Positions 61,566-64,000 of a stretch of 64,000 bases of DNA are shown piece by piece. Within the stretch, counting starts at the first letter, position 1. Every line of letters starts with the position of its first letter. Source of the DNA: Minisyncoccota bacterium (GTDB lineage Bacteria > Patescibacteriota > Minisyncoccia > Phycocordibacterales > SBAW01). The stretch is from positions 32,001 to 96,000 of the forward strand of contig DASZWM010000005.1 of assembly GCA_035546615.1 (NCBI GenBank), given 5' to 3'. Under the pieces are notes generated by a model. That model had not been told where the DNA came from. It was given only the letters and a program-made list of their open reading frames with translations, and made no database searches. The position numbers were made by a program, and so were the translations under genes.

Positions 61566-63617
61566 ATGACTATTACCCAAACCAATCGGTTTGTCGCAAT
61601 CGCAGCAGGCGTTGCAGTCGCACTTTCTCTCATGGTGGGAGCATTCGCGGCTGTTACTCCGGCTCAGGCGGCATCCCTCACTTCTTCGCAGATCAGCGCG
61701 ATCATCTCGCTGCTCCAGTCGTTCGGCGCCGATGCGGCGACGATCGCAAACGTTCAGGCATCCTTGACCGGCGGCACCCCGTCCGGCTCAACTGGCGGTT
61801 CCGTTTCGTCCAGCTGCATGTTCTCACGCAGCCTTACGATCGGTTCTTCCGGCGCTGATGTGACCTGCCTTCAGCAGGCGCTCATAGCGGCAGGCTACTC
61901 GATCCCGGCAGGCGCAACTGGCTACTTCGGTGTCCAGACGCAGACCGCGGTCGCTTCATGGCAGGCGGCTAAGAACATCGCTCCGGCAGCCGGCTACTTC
62001 GGTCCTATCTCGATTGCCGCATGGGCATCCTCGATGGGCTCGACCGGCGGCTCCACTGGTGGCAGCACCGGCGGTTCCACTGGCGGTTCGACCGGCAGCC
62101 TTTCAGGCGGCGAGGCAGACCTCCGCAACTTCGACCTTATCTCGGGCGACGACCTCATGGAGGGCGACTCCAACACGGAGATCGCAGTCGCTGAGTTCGA
62201 TGTCGAGGGCGGCGATGTTCGCGTTCAGCGCGTGACTGTCGACTTCCAGCCGACTGTTGCAAGCACACTTGCTAACCAGCACCCTTGGGAGTACGTTGAC
62301 ACCCTTTCTGTCTACAACGGCAGCAAGAAGGTCGGCGAAGTAGATGCAGGCTCCAAGGATGACTGGGACCAGAATGACTGGGACTCGGCTCACAATGCTT
62401 CCGGCAACTACGACTACTACAGCATCGACATCCCTGTTGATACCATTATCAACGAGGGCGACACCGCGGAGCTCTCTATCCGCGCCGACGCGCAGAGCTC
62501 TATCGATGAGGATGATCAGGACCAGACCTTCGAGGTCCAGGTTCCGGACGACGGCATCCGCGCAGTCGACTCTGTTGGCATTCAGCAGTACACGGGCGAG
62601 GATGGCAATACCGTCGACCTCGGCTTCAATGCCGCGGAGAACGGCGACATCACCATCCGCGAGACTTCGGACAACCCTAACGCAGGCGTCCTCGTTGCAG
62701 ACGACTCCGATACCTCCGGTCCGTTCGATGTTCTCGCAGGCGAGTTCCGCAACCGCGACAGCGCGGATGCGACCATCAACAGCCTGACCTTCCACGTTGC
62801 GACTTCTTCGCTCGTTGGCTACTACCAGCAGGCTGCTAACATCAGCACCATAATCCGCCGCGCGACCCTCACGATCGACGGCAAGGATTACCGTGGCGAT
62901 GTTAACTCGAACAACACCATCGACTTCGATGATATCAATGCTGATATCAGCGGCGATGACACGACGAACTTCGTCCTCTCGGTCGAGCTCTTCGGTTCGG
63001 ACAACCACTTCTCGACCACGTCTGAGTCGCTCACCTTCTCTATTAACTCGAACACTTCGGGTGATGTAGATATCGAGGGCGCAGACACCGGCGACGCGTC
63101 GGATGTATCCGGCTCGGTCAACGGCAACAAGCAGACCATCGCGGTCAATGCGGGCGTCAACGTAGAAGGCGTCAGCATGAGCGGTTCTGCGGTGCAGGCA
63201 AATACCGCATCGGAAAGCTACGGCACCTTCACGCTCAAGTTCGACGTGACGGCTAACGGCGATGATGTGTACGTTCCGAAGACGGTACAGGCGCTTGCGT
63301 CTACTACTTCTCCGGGCGCTTCGACCGGTGTCGTGGTCATCACTGACCTCAACGCTTCAACCACTTCGAGCGGCGTCACCACCTCGATGACTACGACCGC
63401 TGATTCCGACAATGCTTCCTTCTACGTCGTTCGCGACGGAGACACGGAGACCTTTACGGTCAGCGTTCGCATCGATCCGACGGCAGCCGGCTTCTATCAG
63501 GTTGGTCTTGATAGGATCCGCTTCTCGACGACTGACAATGGCCTTGGTATCCAGACCCTCGACATTGACCAGAACGATGACGAGTTCCAGACTGACCCGG
63601 TCAGCATCAGTAACTAA
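61566..63617 (+). CDS. Secreted protein with a peptidoglycan-binding domain, Gly/Ser/Thr linkers and a long Asp-rich repeat region.
   Basis: Signal peptide ending AQA. The PG_binding_1-like block is GSSGADVTCLQQALIAAGYSIPAGATGYFGVQTQTAVASWQAAKNI. An STGG repeat linker follows, and the remaining about 480 aa are Asp/Thr/Ser-rich beta-rich repeats. Confidence 0.6.
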   Translation: MTITQTNRFVAIAAGVAVALSLMVGAFAAVTPAQAASLTSSQISAIISLLQSFGADAATIANVQASLTGGTPSGSTGGSVSSSCMFSRSLTIGSSGADVTCLQQALIAAGYSIPAGATGYFGVQTQTAVASWQAAKNIAPAAGYFGPISIAAWASSMGSTGGSTGGSTGGSTGGSTGSLSGGEADLRNFDLISGDDLMEGDSNTEIAVAEFDVEGGDVRVQRVTVDFQPTVASTLANQHPWEYVDTLSVYNGSKKVGEVDAGSKDDWDQNDWDSAHNASGNYDYYSIDIPVDTIINEGDTAELSIRADAQSSIDEDDQDQTFEVQVPDDGIRAVDSVGIQQYTGEDGNTVDLGFNAAENGDITIRETSDNPNAGVLVADDSDTSGPFDVLAGEFRNRDSADATINSLTFHVATSSLVGYYQQAANISTIIRRATLTIDGKDYRGDVNSNNTIDFDDINADISGDDTTNFVLSVELFGSDNHFSTTSESLTFSINSNTSGDVDIEGADTGDASDVSGSVNGNKQTIAVNAGVNVEGVSMSGSAVQANTASESYGTFTLKFDVTANGDDVYVPKTVQALASTTSPGASTGVVVITDLNASTTSSGVTTSMTTTADSDNASFYVVRDGDTETFTVSVRIDPTAAGFYQVGLDRIRFSTTDNGLGIQTLDIDQNDDEFQTDPVSISN

Positions 63618-63660
63618 TAGCCGAGGATTTCTCAGCTAAAGGTTCTGACGGAACGTTAGC

Positions 63661-63686
63661 AAAAACCACCCTTTCGGGTGGTTTTT
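63661..63686 (+). terminator. Rho-independent terminator.
   Basis: AAAAACCACCC-TTTC-GGGTGGTTTTT. Confidence 0.8.
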
Positions 63687-63708
63687 GCGTTCTCCCCATA
63701 GTTTTCAC

Positions 63709-63744
63709 AAAGGACCGTCCTCTGCATACAGAGGACGGTCCTTT
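63709..63744. promoter_or_regulatory. Perfect inverted repeat with 16 bp arms; candidate operator.
   Basis: AAAGGACCGTCCTCTG-CATA-CAGAGGACGGTCCTTT. A third half-site AAGGACCGTCCTTT recurs at 63830..63843 inside the start region of the next ORF. Confidence 0.5.
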
Positions 63745-63780
63745 GCTATAAGCCCTTGCCAGGCTGTTTTGGATGATAGA

Positions 63781-64000
63781 ATGTATACACCAATGAACTT
63801 TCTTAAGATATCCGCTTCAAACCGATATCAAGGACCGTCCTTTCTTGGCTTCTTTTTTGCCTGTATGCTCGTTTTTGGCGCTTTTGGAGCGGCCACTCCG
63901 GCTCACGCCGCCCTTACCTCCTCGCAAGTTAGTGCCATACTCGCACTCCTTGTATCCTTCAACGCGGACCAGGCGACAATCGCCAAAGTACAGGCCTCGC
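63781..64000 (+). CDS. Paralog of the 61566 peptidoglycan-binding secreted protein; partial, running off the right edge.
   Basis: Signal peptide then AALTSSQVSAILALLVSFNADQATIAKVQAS, which matches AASLTSSQISAIISLLQSFGADAATIANVQAS of the preceding protein. Confidence 0.5.
   Translation, partial: MYTPMNFLKISASNRYQGPSFLGFFFACMLVFGAFGAATPAHAALTSSQVSAILALLVSFNADQATIAKVQAS

Overview
This is a 64 kb, high-GC (about 60%) bacterial chromosomal segment that is densely packed with housekeeping genes on both strands. Readable genes include a partial pilB/gspE-type ATPase at the left edge, tsaE, polA, murE-like, ruvA, rpsT, lnt, ruvX, rluA, rplS, zwf, mscL, secE-nusG-rplK, tmk, glyA, four aminoacyl-tRNA synthetases (argS, ileS, glyQS, metG), recO, tatD, rpsF-ssb-rpsR, efp, an ECF-type sigma factor, recA and ftsK. 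Eight tRNA genes are present: Lys-TTT, Arg-CCG, Arg-GCG, Ser-TGA, Arg-TCT, Val-TAC, Leu-GAG and His-GTG. The segment also carries several large secreted Gly-, Cys- or Asp-rich surface proteins. The small synthetases, missing rplA and rplI at their canonical positions, the short PolA and the surface-protein load fit a reduced-genome lineage, possibly CPR/Patescibacteria-like; this is inference only. The items most worth a second look are listed below.

- **IleS domain insertion.** A roughly 170 aa histidine-phosphatase (PGAM-like, RHGE motif) domain is inserted in-frame inside the IleS catalytic core.
- **Dcd/Dut-ThyX fusion.** A 704 aa ORF fuses a dCTP-deaminase/dUTPase-fold domain to a tandem (pseudo-dimeric) ThyX-like region. 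It sits in a pyrimidine-deoxynucleotide cluster with an HD 5'-deoxynucleotidase, tmk and glyA.
- **Paralogous giant secreted proteins with a shared upstream element.** Two Gly/Cys-rich proteins (609 and 1278 aa) share a C-terminal domain. Each is immediately preceded by a 25-28 nt element copied from the 3' end of tRNA-Arg(CCG).
- **Three small kinase-like ORFs.** All three are lower-GC and lie next to tRNA or synthetase genes.
- **An AT-rich islet at tRNA-Ser.** It carries an HNH endonuclease and a frameshifted ORF.
- **Two candidate structured RNA regions.** One is a 330 nt promoter-to-terminator leader upstream of a TerC/DUF475 membrane protein.
- **A repeated 45 nt intergenic motif.**
- **A perfect 16-bp-arm palindrome** between tandem peptidoglycan-binding paralogs.

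No CRISPR array, rRNA, integrase or transposase was seen. All calls rest on motif and architecture reading of the supplied translations; no database search was run.
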